Part shown: positions 1-9,266 of the stretch, one piece after another
How positions within the stretch are numbered: position 1 is the stretch's first letter
Layout of the letters: each line of letters opens with the position of its first letter
The notes under the pieces: generated by a model
What the model saw: only the letters and a program-made list of their open reading frames with translations
Told to the model about the DNA's origin: nothing
Databases searched by the model: none
Made by a program: the position numbers and the translations under genes
DNA from: Trueperaceae bacterium
GTDB taxonomy: Bacteria > Deinococcota > Deinococci > Deinococcales > Trueperaceae
NCBI GenBank assembly: GCA_965213925.1
Contig: OZ243927.1
Span: forward strand, 544,001-608,000
DNA length: 64,000 nucleotides
Direction of reading: 5' to 3'

Positions 1-1
1 A

Positions 2-202
2 CCGCAACTAGGCAAGCGGGGGCTATATACCCACCCGGACGGACGCCCTACGGACATGCCGGCCCTCCTGTGGGTGCTCAACTTGAGCGACGGTAAACAC
101 ACGCTGCTCGAGGTTGCGGAGCGTTCCGGTTTAGCGTTCGGGCGCGTTAAAGAGGCGGCGGACCTCTTGTTGCGTCACGACTTGCTGCAGCGAGTGGACT
201 GA
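2..202 (+). CDS. DUF4910 family aminopeptidase-like protein, C-terminal winged-helix part (5' truncated by window edge)
   Basis: Manual translation of frame 2 gives PQLGKRGLY...ALLWVLNLSDGKHTLLEVAERSG...VD*, the typical DUF4910 C-terminus seen in polysaccharide loci; not in the ORF track. Confidence 0.75.
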   Translation, partial: PQLGKRGLYTHPDGRPTDMPALLWVLNLSDGKHTLLEVAERSGLAFGRVKEAADLLLRHDLLQRVD

Positions 203-248
203 TGCCGACGCTCTTTATTTAGTGCACTGTCAGGTAAAAAATGAGTGA

Positions 249-505
249 TGTCATTCTGAACTAGGTTAGAGCACCGTTCGTCCAGCTTGACTGGAAAGCT
301 CAGTAGGCATAGGTCAGAGCGAAGCTCAAAGGCTTTCAGCCTTCACCTGCTTAGCCTTGACCTGTGAAGCGACAGCGGAGCCCTTTACAGGATAGGCTTC
401 GCCTGATGAAAGAATCTTGTCTTCCAGTCTCGGCTAGTTGGGAATAGAAGACGAGACCCTTACGCCTTCGCCGAAGCTTCGCTCTACTTCGTGAACAGGG
501 TGACA
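249..505. repeat. REP/MITE-like palindromic element, long copy
   Basis: Ends TGTCATTCTG...CAGGGTGACA; shares TGTCATTCTGAAC, TGAAAGAATCT, ACGAGACCC and CGTGAAC(A/G)GGGTGACA with 51437-51565. Confidence 0.7.
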
Positions 506-642
506 TCAGCGAAGGTGTCAACACGTAGTTTATGGTGTATTTAGTCTGCCTCTGCAAAGCGTGGATGACTTCGGTTCACGTAGCATCTCACTAAAGACAC
601 TTTTACTTCGCGCCGTCCTTTTTCCAGGTTAGTATAGAAGCC

Positions 643-1581
643 TTGAACGGAACTGAACAGTTAGAGACCCTGAACTTGTCGGGGCGCACCGTGCTACTCA
701 CCGGCGCGAGCGGCTTTATCGGCGCGCGCCTGAGCGAAGTTTTGCGTGAGGCTGACGCTAAGGTGTGGGGCGTGTCACGGCAGCCGCAAGAGGAAGGGGC
801 GGGGTGCGACCGCTGGTTCCAAGGCGACGTGACTGAACTCAGCGCGGTCCGCGCCGCCTTTGCCGCTGCGGAGCCAGATGTCATCTTTCACCTCGCGGGT
901 CAGGTCACGGGTACGCGCGACTTGAAGGCGGTGGTGCCGACACTGCGCGGCAACCTGCTGAGCGCGGTCAACCTCATGAGCGTGGCGACCGAGCGCGGCT
1001 GCGAGCGGCTCGTGCTCGCGGGCTCGTTGGAGGAACCTGAGGGCACGTCGGTTCCGGCTTCGCCCTACGCGGCGGCGAAAGGAGCAGTGGGTCAATACGC
1101 CCAGATGTTTCACGCCCTCTACGGAACACCCGTTACGTTGGCGCGCATCTTCATGGTGTACGGTCCCGGCGACAGGAACGTTCACAGGCTCGTCCCCTAC
1201 GTGAGCACGTCGCTGCTCCGGGGCGAGACCCCTAAGCTCACCAGCGGCGTCAGAGAGGTCGACTGGGTTTACGTAGACGACGTCGTGCGTGGGCTCGTCG
1301 CGCTTGCCCGAGTTCCTGCTAGCGGGCAGAGGCTCGACCTCGGGTCGGGACAACTCGTGATGGTGCGCCGCGTCGCCGAAGAACTCGTTTCGCTTACGGG
1401 CTCGGCAACTCGCCCTCACTACGGCGCAATCGCCGACCGAGCGATGGAGCAGGTGCGTAGGGCGGACGTCGCGGCAACGTTCGACGCCACAGGGTGGAAG
1501 CCTACCGTCCCCCTCCGCGAAGGGTTAGCCCGCACGGTCTCTTGGTACAGAGCGTTTCTCGAGACGCAGTCGGGAACGTAA
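643..1581 (+). CDS. NAD-dependent epimerase/dehydratase (extended SDR)
   Basis: TGASGFIG Rossmann motif, YAAAK catalytic motif, FMVYGPG; TAGTAT 7 nt before the TTG start. Confidence 0.9.
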   Translation: MNGTEQLETLNLSGRTVLLTGASGFIGARLSEVLREADAKVWGVSRQPQEEGAGCDRWFQGDVTELSAVRAAFAAAEPDVIFHLAGQVTGTRDLKAVVPTLRGNLLSAVNLMSVATERGCERLVLAGSLEEPEGTSVPASPYAAAKGAVGQYAQMFHALYGTPVTLARIFMVYGPGDRNVHRLVPYVSTSLLRGETPKLTSGVREVDWVYVDDVVRGLVALARVPASGQRLDLGSGQLVMVRRVAEELVSLTGSATRPHYGAIADRAMEQVRRADVAATFDATGWKPTVPLREGLARTVSWYRAFLETQSGT

Positions 1582-1616
1582 AAACGGTTTCCGAGCAGGA
1601 CTACCCGAAAACCGCA

Positions 1617-2264
1617 TCACAAGACAAATTTACGGGCGTAAAACCCTTCGGCGAAACGGCTCGGCGCGTTCGCCTCTACGCCGCGTAAGCGCATAAGGCT
1701 CGAGAAGGTGTCCGCGTCGAACCACTGCTTGTGCCGCTGGCTCGCGAAGCATCTCATCAAAAGCTCGAGCTTGCGCTGAGCGATGGTCTCCGGCAGACGA
1801 ACAAAGGCGTTGGGGTTGCCTAGGTCGCCGTCGTACTTGGCGATTTCGTACTCGAGGATCAGGTGGTTGCGGAACGTGTTCCAGGTGAGGTCAGAAACCA
1901 CGCGGTGGTCCTGATGCCGGTCGTCGCGCGCGTGAGTGAAGATGAGGTCGGGGGTGTCTACCCGCTTGAGCGTCTCGAAGAAGTCCTTGATCTGCGACCC
2001 CTGAAAGGGGAAGTGCCCGTCGCGAAAGGCTTGCGTGATGACCTCCTTTCGGGCTGCGCCCTCTAAAAAGAGGTCGGCGCTGGCGCTCGCCTCCTCGAGG
2101 CGTGGACCTGCGGCGCTCAACACCACCCACGTCACGCTTACTTGCGCGCTAGTCTCCAAGAGCTTGAGCAACGTTCCGCCGCAGCCGATCTCGATGTCGT
2201 CGCTGTGCGCGCCTAAGCAGAGGAGGTGAATAGGTTTATCAGCGGGCAGGGCGAACTCCAGCAC
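1617..2264 (-). CDS. PIG-L/LmbE family deacetylase
   Basis: GAHSDDIEIGCGG and DRHQDH motifs; start moved to GTG 2264, just after the rfbF stop. Confidence 0.88.
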   Translation of the reverse strand: MLEFALPADKPIHLLCLGAHSDDIEIGCGGTLLKLLETSAQVSVTWVVLSAAGPRLEEASASADLFLEGAARKEVITQAFRDGHFPFQGSQIKDFFETLKRVDTPDLIFTHARDDRHQDHRVVSDLTWNTFRNHLILEYEIAKYDGDLGNPNAFVRLPETIAQRKLELLMRCFASQRHKQWFDADTFSSLMRLRGVEANAPSRFAEGFYARKFVL

Positions 2265-2266
2265 TC

Positions 2267-3064
2267 TTACACGTCCCCCGCTTCCTCCGACTTCCACACC
2301 TGCCACGGCGCGTTCCCCGCCGCGTAGAGCCCCTCTAAGTACTGCTGGTCCTTGAAGGTATCGAGCGCGGCCCAAAACCCCCCATAGGGAGAGGCGCTCA
2401 GGGCTCGCTTTTGGATAAGCCGCTCGAGGGGTTCTTCGACCAGTTCTTCCCCAGGTTCCAGGTAGTCGAAAATCTGCTGCCTGAAGATAAAGAAGCCGCC
2501 GTTGATTAAAATATTGGTGCTCGTGATGCTGGTGATGTCCCCGACCAGGTTATCCTCGCCCAGTTTCACGCTGTGCAGGCTCAAGTTAGGTTTGACGCAT
2601 ATGAAATCCCCTATCACGTCGTCACGCTTCCTGAACGCTTCGATCCTGCGGTCGAGGGGCGCGTCGGTCAAGCCGTCGCTGTAGTTGGCTAGGAACACCT
2701 CTTCGCCCTCGAGATAGGGCCTGACCTTCCTGAGACGCTCGCCGATGTTGGCGTGAAGCCCCGTGTCCACAAAGGTGATGCGCCAATCCTGGATGTCGCG
2801 GTGCAGCAGCTCCGGCGCGTCGCCGTCGCCCGAGAGCACGAAGTCGTTGGTGAGCCACTCCTTATATTCCAAGAAGTAGCGCTTGATAAAGTCCGCCCTG
2901 TAACCCAAGCAGAGGATGAAGTCTTTGTGCCCGAAGTGAGCGTAGTACTTCATGACGTGCCACAGGATAGGCCTGTAACCGATCGTCACCATTGGCTTAG
3001 GGACATCCTCCGCATAGTTTCTCAGCCTCAGTCCTAAGCCGCCACAAAAAAGAACAACTTTCAT
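2267..3064 (-). CDS. rfbF: Glucose-1-phosphate cytidylyltransferase-like nucleotidyltransferase
   Basis: VLFCGGLGLRL...PKPMV.IG..PILWHVMK.Y...GHKDFILCLGY, W.ITFVDTG, INGGFF, FW..LDT.KD. Confidence 0.85.
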   Translation of the reverse strand: MKVVLFCGGLGLRLRNYAEDVPKPMVTIGYRPILWHVMKYYAHFGHKDFILCLGYRADFIKRYFLEYKEWLTNDFVLSGDGDAPELLHRDIQDWRITFVDTGLHANIGERLRKVRPYLEGEEVFLANYSDGLTDAPLDRRIEAFRKRDDVIGDFICVKPNLSLHSVKLGEDNLVGDITSITSTNILINGGFFIFRQQIFDYLEPGEELVEEPLERLIQKRALSASPYGGFWAALDTFKDQQYLEGLYAAGNAPWQVWKSEEAGDV

Positions 3065-3386
3065 TACTCACACCGCCGTAAAGAGATATCGTCAAAATAG
3101 GAAACGCGGATTCCTAAGTGTATGCACGCGCAGGGCACGAGTGTCAAGGCTACGGCGCTTTCATGAACTTCACGGAAAGTCGTTGGGTGGGGTACTTTGC
3201 CGGGAGAATATCGCGCCGACGTCTTTACAGAGCACAGAACTAGTCCGCTCCGACGCTTCGACCCTACGTGCCCGTAACTACAGAGCGCGGTTAAATGGAG
3301 ATGAAGCAGAGCAGGACGACTCCGCAACTGTTCAGCAAAAGTGGGCGGCGGAAATACCCGCCGCCCACTCCCAAGAGAAGTTTACG

Positions 3387-5633
3387 CTACTTCGCTGCTT
3401 GCATCAGACTCTCGCGTGGTCCGACCGTGACGTTTTTCTGGGCGAGTTTCGTGCGGAAGCGGTTCAATTCGGCGGCTTCTGCTTGCCGGTCAACCTTACC
3501 GCTCCAGTTCTTGTTGCCGCGCCACTGCGCGGCGTCGGGTGCCCACCAGTCGTTCCGGTAATTCGCCCAAGCGTAGTTCTGACCTCGGTTCACCCAGCCG
3601 CTCAGGTTATTGTAGCCGACGTTGTTGCCGAACGCTGCGGGCTTGGAGTTGTTCCAGATGTAGAGCCCGACGTTCTGCGAGGCGATGGGGGTGCCGTCGG
3701 CGAGGCGACCGCTTGAGATGACCCGGTTGTTGTAGAACCGGTTGTGCTGACCGCCTGCGATGGCGACGCCATAGTTCGCGGTCGAGACAACTTGGTTATC
3801 AAAGGCGTGGAGGTGCGCGCCGCCCGCGTCGCCCAGCATGATGCCGCCGCCGCTAAAGCCGTCTTTCGCGGGGTTCGCCGGATACGCGCCCTGGATATAG
3901 TTGTTGTGGATGCGGACCGGGCTACTTGACGTGCCGCTCGTTGCATAGAAGTTGATGACGTCTTCAACCCGGCTCTTGTAGGGCTCGTTGATGATCTCGT
4001 TCCAGGCGACCTCAGTGTTTTTGAGGCGCTCGCCCTTGTCGAACTGGGCGAACTGAACGAGTGTAACGTCGTCGCCGCGCCAGCCCCCTCTGCCGTTGGA
4101 GCGCCGCCCGTCGATGTTCTTCGCGCGGTTGCGCAGAATTTTGACAGTCGCGCCGGGGCGCGAGCGGTGCAACCAGATGCCCGAGGTGCTTTCCATATAC
4201 GAGTTTTCGACGCGCACGAAAGCGTAGGTATCCGCGACTAAGAATCGACCCGGAGTCCGACCGACGACGTTCGGATTGAGCCCGTAGCCGACCACGTTGC
4301 GCACGGTCACGTTAGCGTTATAGCCGGGTTCGGCGTGGATGAGGTGACCTTTGGAGCGGATGGTCGCGTTCTCGATGGTGACGGGTTGGCTCGTGCGGAT
4401 GCGCACGGCGGGCGTACGCGCGTCCTTGCTCTCCCAGTTCCCGCTGTAGATGCCGCCCTTCGTGATGACGAGGGGGGAGCTGTACACCGGCGCGGGTTTC
4501 TCTCCAGGCTTAGATTTTTCGATCGGCGTCGCGGTGGCACCGGGGACGAAGTTCGCATCGGGAGTCAGGATAATCTTGTCGAAGGCGAAGCCATCCTCAC
4601 GCATCCACACGTTGAGGGTGTGAACGCCTTTGGGCAGCTTGAGTTTCGCCCTGGAGCCGTCCATCGTGCCTTTTTCCCAGCCGAAATCTGTGCCGAAGCC
4701 GCTGATGCGGTCCGCGCTAGAGACAGCTTTACCGCTGAGCCCTACATGGACCGAGTTGCTGCTGCTCTTTCTCCCACTTACAGCTTTGCCCCGCACCCAC
4801 ACGTAGTACGTGCCCGCTCGCGCGACGTCGAGCCTGTAGTCCAAACGGGGGCTCCTGGACACAAAGTTCGTGTTGCGGTTCGTGCCGATGTCGGGCAGCG
4901 CTTGCAGCGCCCCTTTCTGCCCCTTCCAGGCGTGCTTGCCCCCGTCCGCCTTTGCATGGAACGCTTCTGCTTCCAAGGCGAAGTTGCCGCCCTCTGGTGC
5001 GAAAGCGGCTGCGGGCTTCTCGTCGCTCGGGACGAACTTGGGGTCGGGCGACAGCGCGAGCTTATCGAAGGCGAAGCCGTCCTCGCGCATCCACACGTTA
5101 AGGGTGTGCTGACCCGCCGAAGGAACGTCGATGCGCGCGACGGCTCCGCTCATCGTGCTCTTGAGCCACGCGAAGTCCGTGCCGAAGTTGCCCATGTCCT
5201 TAGCGCTGCGCTGCGCTTTTCCGTTCAGGCCAACGTGGACCGAGTTGCTGCTGCTTCTCTTTCCGCTGATGGCTTTGCCCCGCACCCACACGTAGTGCGT
5301 ACCCGAGCGGCTGAAGTCGACGACGAAGTCTAAGCGGGGGCTCTGGGTCGTGTAGTTTTTGTAGTTGTTGGTGCCCCTATCGGGGAGCGCTTGCAGCGCC
5401 CCCTTACCCGACGCTTCAGCGGCGGTGACGCGCTTCCACGCATGAGCACCTTGCGCGGTGTTTTTGTTAAACGCTTCGGCCTCGAGTTCCACGAGCCCGT
5501 TTTTGCCCTGTTTGAAAGCGTCGGTTTCTGCAAGAGGCGACAGCGGCTCGGTCGTCACGCTGCTACACGCCGCTAAAATCCACAGCGCTGCTAGAAGAAA
5601 TGCCGCTTTGATGCCCTTGAGTGTTACAACCAT
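3387..5633 (-). CDS. Secreted lipoprotein with two tandem carbohydrate-binding-like modules and a C-terminal right-handed beta-helix (pectin-lyase-like) domain
   Basis: Lipobox LAAC; two repeated modules (ELEAEAF...YVWVRG...NSVHVGL...HTLNVWMREDGFAFDK); Asn/Gly-rich beta-helix repeats (IHNNYIQG, GGGIMLGD, NNRVISSG). Confidence 0.75.
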   Translation of the reverse strand: MVVTLKGIKAAFLLAALWILAACSSVTTEPLSPLAETDAFKQGKNGLVELEAEAFNKNTAQGAHAWKRVTAAEASGKGALQALPDRGTNNYKNYTTQSPRLDFVVDFSRSGTHYVWVRGKAISGKRSSSNSVHVGLNGKAQRSAKDMGNFGTDFAWLKSTMSGAVARIDVPSAGQHTLNVWMREDGFAFDKLALSPDPKFVPSDEKPAAAFAPEGGNFALEAEAFHAKADGGKHAWKGQKGALQALPDIGTNRNTNFVSRSPRLDYRLDVARAGTYYVWVRGKAVSGRKSSSNSVHVGLSGKAVSSADRISGFGTDFGWEKGTMDGSRAKLKLPKGVHTLNVWMREDGFAFDKIILTPDANFVPGATATPIEKSKPGEKPAPVYSSPLVITKGGIYSGNWESKDARTPAVRIRTSQPVTIENATIRSKGHLIHAEPGYNANVTVRNVVGYGLNPNVVGRTPGRFLVADTYAFVRVENSYMESTSGIWLHRSRPGATVKILRNRAKNIDGRRSNGRGGWRGDDVTLVQFAQFDKGERLKNTEVAWNEIINEPYKSRVEDVINFYATSGTSSSPVRIHNNYIQGAYPANPAKDGFSGGGIMLGDAGGAHLHAFDNQVVSTANYGVAIAGGQHNRFYNNRVISSGRLADGTPIASQNVGLYIWNNSKPAAFGNNVGYNNLSGWVNRGQNYAWANYRNDWWAPDAAQWRGNKNWSGKVDRQAEAAELNRFRTKLAQKNVTVGPRESLMQAAK

Positions 5634-5711
5634 GTGTTCGATACCTTCTCTCCCTGGAGTTGGCGACCGGCCGAGCTAGCGCTGCAGCACCAGGTTAGAA
5701 GTCATACGAGA

Positions 5712-5792
5712 CCTCCTCAGCCGGTTGCGCCACTGGCTCGGTCTGTTCCTAGCGCCCAAATGATGGAACAGACTTCGTCGCCGCTGAGGAGG
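5712..5792 (-). ncRNA. Cyclic di-GMP-II riboswitch aptamer
   Basis: Minus strand CCUCCUCAGC-GGCGACGAA-GUCUGUUCC...GGGCGCUAG-GAACAGAC-CGAGCCAGUGGCGCAACCG-GCUGAGGAGG: P1 stem, GACGAA/GAGC kink-turn, GCGCUA/UGGCGC pseudoknot, GCAACCGGC signature; lies in the 5' UTR of the lipoprotein. Confidence 0.85.
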
Positions 5793-5812
5793 GTTCTCCT
5801 CAATCAAAGTGA

Positions 5813-5818
5813 AGTATA
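5813..5818 (-). promoter_or_regulatory. -10 element (TATACT) for the riboswitch-containing transcript
   Basis: AGTATA on + strand about 20 nt upstream of the aptamer P1. Confidence 0.5.
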
Positions 5819-6056
5819 GAACCGCTCTAGGTTAAGGAAACGTGAAGAATTTTGGAAAAGGGAGGGAACTGTGAAACTTTCAATATTAGGTCGCTGCAAG
5901 AGCTTGGCGCACCGTCGCGGTGCGTACGGTTACGCTGTTCAAGGCAGACGCGCTCCGGGCTCAGGTGGATTTAGGGTAACGACGTTTTCCGTAACCTGCG
6001 CGCACCTATTGACTTAGTTAAGGGTGCTCGAGCTGTAACCCCAGACTGGGGCGTTT

Positions 6057-6731
6057 TTATTCTTTGTACTGAGATTGGCGGCGCAAGAAGGTGGACAAGG
6101 CAAGGCTCGAGACCAGCAGCCCCGCCGACGCTAGCAGATACCACACGTTGAGCTGAACGCCGTCGGTGACGAACTCGCCCTCGAGCGACGCGCCCGCTAA
6201 CACCCCAATTAGTAATCCTGGAATACCACCAATCAGCGTCGCGAGCATAAAGCCTACGAAAGAGATGCGCAACGCGCCAGAAGCGTAGTTGACTAGATCG
6301 CCCGGCAAGAGGAGAAAACGGCTCAGCAGAACACTCTCAAAAGCTCTGGTGCGCAGCCGCTCCACCCAACGCGCACTCATCCCTGGAATATCTTCCGACC
6401 TGTCTCCCGCAAGATAAAAACCTAAGAGGTACGAAAGCCCCGTGGAGACCAGCGACGCGATAAGCGCATACACGAAACCCCACACCGCGCCGAATAAAAA
6501 CCCCGACGCAACCGTTAAAAGTGTGATGGGCACGAGCAAAAGGGGGCGGATAAGGTATATAATAAAAAAGATAAGCGGACCCCAAACGCCGTTTCTAATG
6601 AGCATTAGCCAACCCCGAAACAGCTCAATCAAACTCGCCTCTTGGCGCTGTACGTAGAGCCAAAAGACAGCCAAAACGACCAACCAGAGCGCGAGCACTA
6701 CTTTTGACCAGGAAGAACGCTTCGGTGTCAC
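6057..6731 (-). CDS. TVP38/TMEM64 (DedA/SNARE-associated) membrane protein
   Basis: IRPLLLVP.TLLT.ASGFLFG, RFLLLPGDLVNYASG, F.LATLIG.IPG; multiple TM segments. Confidence 0.88.
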   Translation of the reverse strand: MTPKRSSWSKVVLALWLVVLAVFWLYVQRQEASLIELFRGWLMLIRNGVWGPLIFFIIYLIRPLLLVPITLLTVASGFLFGAVWGFVYALIASLVSTGLSYLLGFYLAGDRSEDIPGMSARWVERLRTRAFESVLLSRFLLLPGDLVNYASGALRISFVGFMLATLIGGIPGLLIGVLAGASLEGEFVTDGVQLNVWYLLASAGLLVSSLALSTFLRRQSQYKE

Positions 6732-6884
6732 GTCTGAAGTATGGCATAGGAGCTGTGCGCCACAAGTAAATTTCGAACTCGCCGCTCTGCCCGGCTCGAG
6801 CGAGAAACCGCGACCTCTCCCCGTAAACTCGAATACCGCAATTTTACGCCCGTCCTGTCATCATCACTATAAGGAGTTTTGATT

Positions 6885-7490
6885 ATGAAATTAAGACTGT
6901 TCGCACCCCTTTTCCTAGTTTTAGCCGGACTGCTCATCGCCGTGCCTTACGCCCTTTCGCAGGACAACGCCGAAACGACACAAGCGACTCAAGAGGTCAG
7001 AGGTGTCGCACCCTTAGGCTTTGACGCCACTAGCTTCACCAAGCCGAGCGACGAAGTGTTGCGCCAAGAACTTACCGACATCCAGTACCGCGTCACGCAA
7101 AAAGACGCCACCGAGCGCCCCTTCGACAACCCCTACTGGGACAACAAGGAGCCCGGCATCTACGTGGACATCGTCTCGGGCGAGCCGCTCTTCTCCTCCA
7201 CAGATAAGTACGTCTCCGGGACGGGCTGGCCCTCCTTTACGAAGCCTTTGGAGCCCGCTAACATTGTCGAGAAACCCGACCGTAAGCTCTTCATCGTACG
7301 CACCGAGATTCGCAGCAAGCACGCGGACTCGCACGTAGGGCACGTCTTTGAAGACGGACCTGAGCCCACCGGACTTCGCTACTGCATGAACTCGGCGGCG
7401 CTGCGTTTTGTGCCCGCGGCTGAGCTAGAAGCGCAAGGGTACGGGGAGTACATGACGCTTTTTGAGGGGACGCAGAACGCCTCGAACTAG
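6885..7490 (+). CDS. msrB: Peptide-methionine (R)-S-oxide reductase with N-terminal signal peptide
   Basis: [49 protein letters not shown]; hydrophobic leader. Confidence 0.95.
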   Translation: MKLRLFAPLFLVLAGLLIAVPYALSQDNAETTQATQEVRGVAPLGFDATSFTKPSDEVLRQELTDIQYRVTQKDATERPFDNPYWDNKEPGIYVDIVSGEPLFSSTDKYVSGTGWPSFTKPLEPANIVEKPDRKLFIVRTEIRSKHADSHVGHVFEDGPEPTGLRYCMNSAALRFVPAAELEAQGYGEYMTLFEGTQNASN

Positions 7491-7508
7491 ACAGATTCAC
7501 ATGTTAGT

Positions 7509-7543
7509 GGAGCCTCGAGTCAACACTCGAGGCTCCTTCTTTT
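7509..7543 (+). terminator. Rho-independent terminator
   Basis: GGAGCCTCGAGT-caac-ACTCGAGGCTCC followed by TTCTTTT. Confidence 0.75.
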
Positions 7544-7546
7544 GGT

Positions 7547-7850
7547 TCAGGTTCTTAGTCCCTCTAAAACCTGCTTTAGCACCCCCTTGACCTCTTCCAG
7601 TTTCTGTTCAGGCTGAGGTGACTGTGCGACCCATAGCGCGGCTTGATTCATCGCGCCGTTCAAGAGGTGAAGCAATGCTCCTTCAGATTTAACGTTCATC
7701 AGCTTAGCTGCTACAAGCTCCTCAATCCCTTCCTGAAGGAGCCTCGAGCCGTGTTCGGTGTCTAACCGTGACCACCCCTCCCAACCCAAAACAGCGGGCG
7801 CGTCAATTAGGAGAATCTGCTGTGCGGCGCGGTTTGTTACGGCGTGCAAC
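7547..7850 (-). pseudogene. TetR-family regulator remnant (C-terminal ligand domain only)
   Basis: [17 protein letters not shown]...LLNGAMNQAALWVA resembles TetR C-termini; no N-terminal HTH or credible start before it runs into the divergent VOC gene. Confidence 0.6.
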
Positions 7851-7853
7851 CAG

Positions 7854-8258
7854 GTGAAACAACCTCCTGTTATCTTTACGGAGAAGGTGGTCGAATCCAA
7901 GGCGTTCTATCTCGAGCATTTTCCCCTCGAGCTAACCTTTGATTCGGATTGGTACGTGAGCCTCAAATCTACCGGGGAGAGAGCTTTCGAACTCGCACTT
8001 TTAGATTTTCGCCACGAAACAATACCCGAAGCGTATAGACAACCCTTTTCAAGTGGACTGATCATCAATTTTGAGGTCGAAGAGGTTGACAGCGTCTTCG
8101 AGCAGTTTAGAGAAGCGGGGCCACCTATCTACCTGGAGCTTCGCAGTGAACCGTTCGGACAGCGGCATTTCATCACCTCTGACCCGAACGGCATATTGAT
8201 TGATGTCATCAAAGTTATCCCTTATTCGGATGAATTTTTGCAGAGCGTACAAAACTAA
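7854..8258 (+). CDS. VOC/glyoxalase family protein
   Basis: [47 protein letters not shown]. Confidence 0.85.
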   Translation: MKQPPVIFTEKVVESKAFYLEHFPLELTFDSDWYVSLKSTGERAFELALLDFRHETIPEAYRQPFSSGLIINFEVEEVDSVFEQFREAGPPIYLELRSEPFGQRHFITSDPNGILIDVIKVIPYSDEFLQSVQN

Positions 8259-8276
8259 CTGGGTAAAGCTAAGAGC

Positions 8277-9263
8277 TTATGTCCGCCACTTTTCGGGGAA
8301 CCGCGTCCTCGGAAAAATCTCCTTCGCCTCCGCCAAGAGCGTCCCCCACCCCTGCGCCTGGTAACGGTCCGAGACGTGGATCAGCACAAGCTCACCGACC
8401 TCCGCTCGCGCCGCTAACTTTGCCACCTGCACCGAGGTCAGGTGGTAACGCTGCGTCGCCAACACTAAGTCCTCATGGCGGTAGTGGCTCTCACAGATGA
8501 GCATCGTACAACCCCGCAAGAACTCAGTCAACCTGTCTTCCGCATCTCCTACCATGCCGAAATCGGTCAAATACGCCACTGACTCGCCCGGCGTCTCGGT
8601 GAGGAGTTCGGCTCGGAGTCGCTCCGGACTCACACCTTCTGGTCCACGCCGCGCCGCCTCGTCCAAGCGTCCTTCTTTAAGGTCTTGGAGCCAGGGTCCA
8701 GGCGGCAAGCCCGACGCCTTGAGCTTCGCTTTGTCGAGGTTGAGGCGGGGTTTCTCGCGTACTAAGTACCCCACAGAGGGCGTGTGATGGTCTAAATGAA
8801 CCCCTTCGACGCTAAAGTGTTCGGTCTCGAGCACAGTTCCCGTAAAAGGCCGCGTGACGACCTCTTGTACGCACTCGAAACCGTCTCTCGTCGCAAGGCG
8901 AATCTGCTCGACCTCTTTTTGGTGAATATCGCCAACCCACCACGTCCCTTTCTGCCCCTTGTAGTTCCACATAAACCCCTGCGTCCGGTGATGGATGATG
9001 CGCCCCGTCTCGGGCGGTCCCCACACGTAAACGGGCTCGCGGCGGTTGAAGTTCAGGCGGAAAAACCCGTCGAAGCCGCTCACGTGGTCCATGTGCAGGT
9101 GCGAAAAGAAGAGGTGCTCTGTCGCGCGGAGTTCGGAGGTATCGGCAAAACGGAGGCAGTCGCCGCAGTCGAACAAGAGGCGGTACGTTTCTTGTCCGCT
9201 CTCTACTTTGACGAAAAGCGCGTTGTCGTCGCCGGGGATGCCTAAAACTTGAGGCTTAATCAC
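8277..9263 (-). CDS. Ribonuclease Z-like metallo-beta-lactamase-fold hydrolase
   Basis: LLFDCG, SHLHMDH, HLDHH.PS.GY, GL.PGP, YLTD, ICES, HLT, IHVS.RY. Confidence 0.8.
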   Translation of the reverse strand: MIKPQVLGIPGDDNALFVKVESGQETYRLLFDCGDCLRFADTSELRATEHLFFSHLHMDHVSGFDGFFRLNFNRREPVYVWGPPETGRIIHHRTQGFMWNYKGQKGTWWVGDIHQKEVEQIRLATRDGFECVQEVVTRPFTGTVLETEHFSVEGVHLDHHTPSVGYLVREKPRLNLDKAKLKASGLPPGPWLQDLKEGRLDEAARRGPEGVSPERLRAELLTETPGESVAYLTDFGMVGDAEDRLTEFLRGCTMLICESHYRHEDLVLATQRYHLTSVQVAKLAARAEVGELVLIHVSDRYQAQGWGTLLAEAKEIFPRTRFPEKWRT

Positions 9264-9266
9264 CCC

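Noticed and set aside
351..557. 68-aa minus-strand ORF (and 51380-51577)
   Set aside because: Both overlap REP-like repeat elements and lack coding features
4335..5333. 332-aa plus-strand ORF and similar long antisense ORFs (e.g. 775-1419, 31014-31790, 36579-37091)
   Set aside because: Shadow ORFs opposite well-supported genes, expected in GC-rich DNA, with no recognisable motifs
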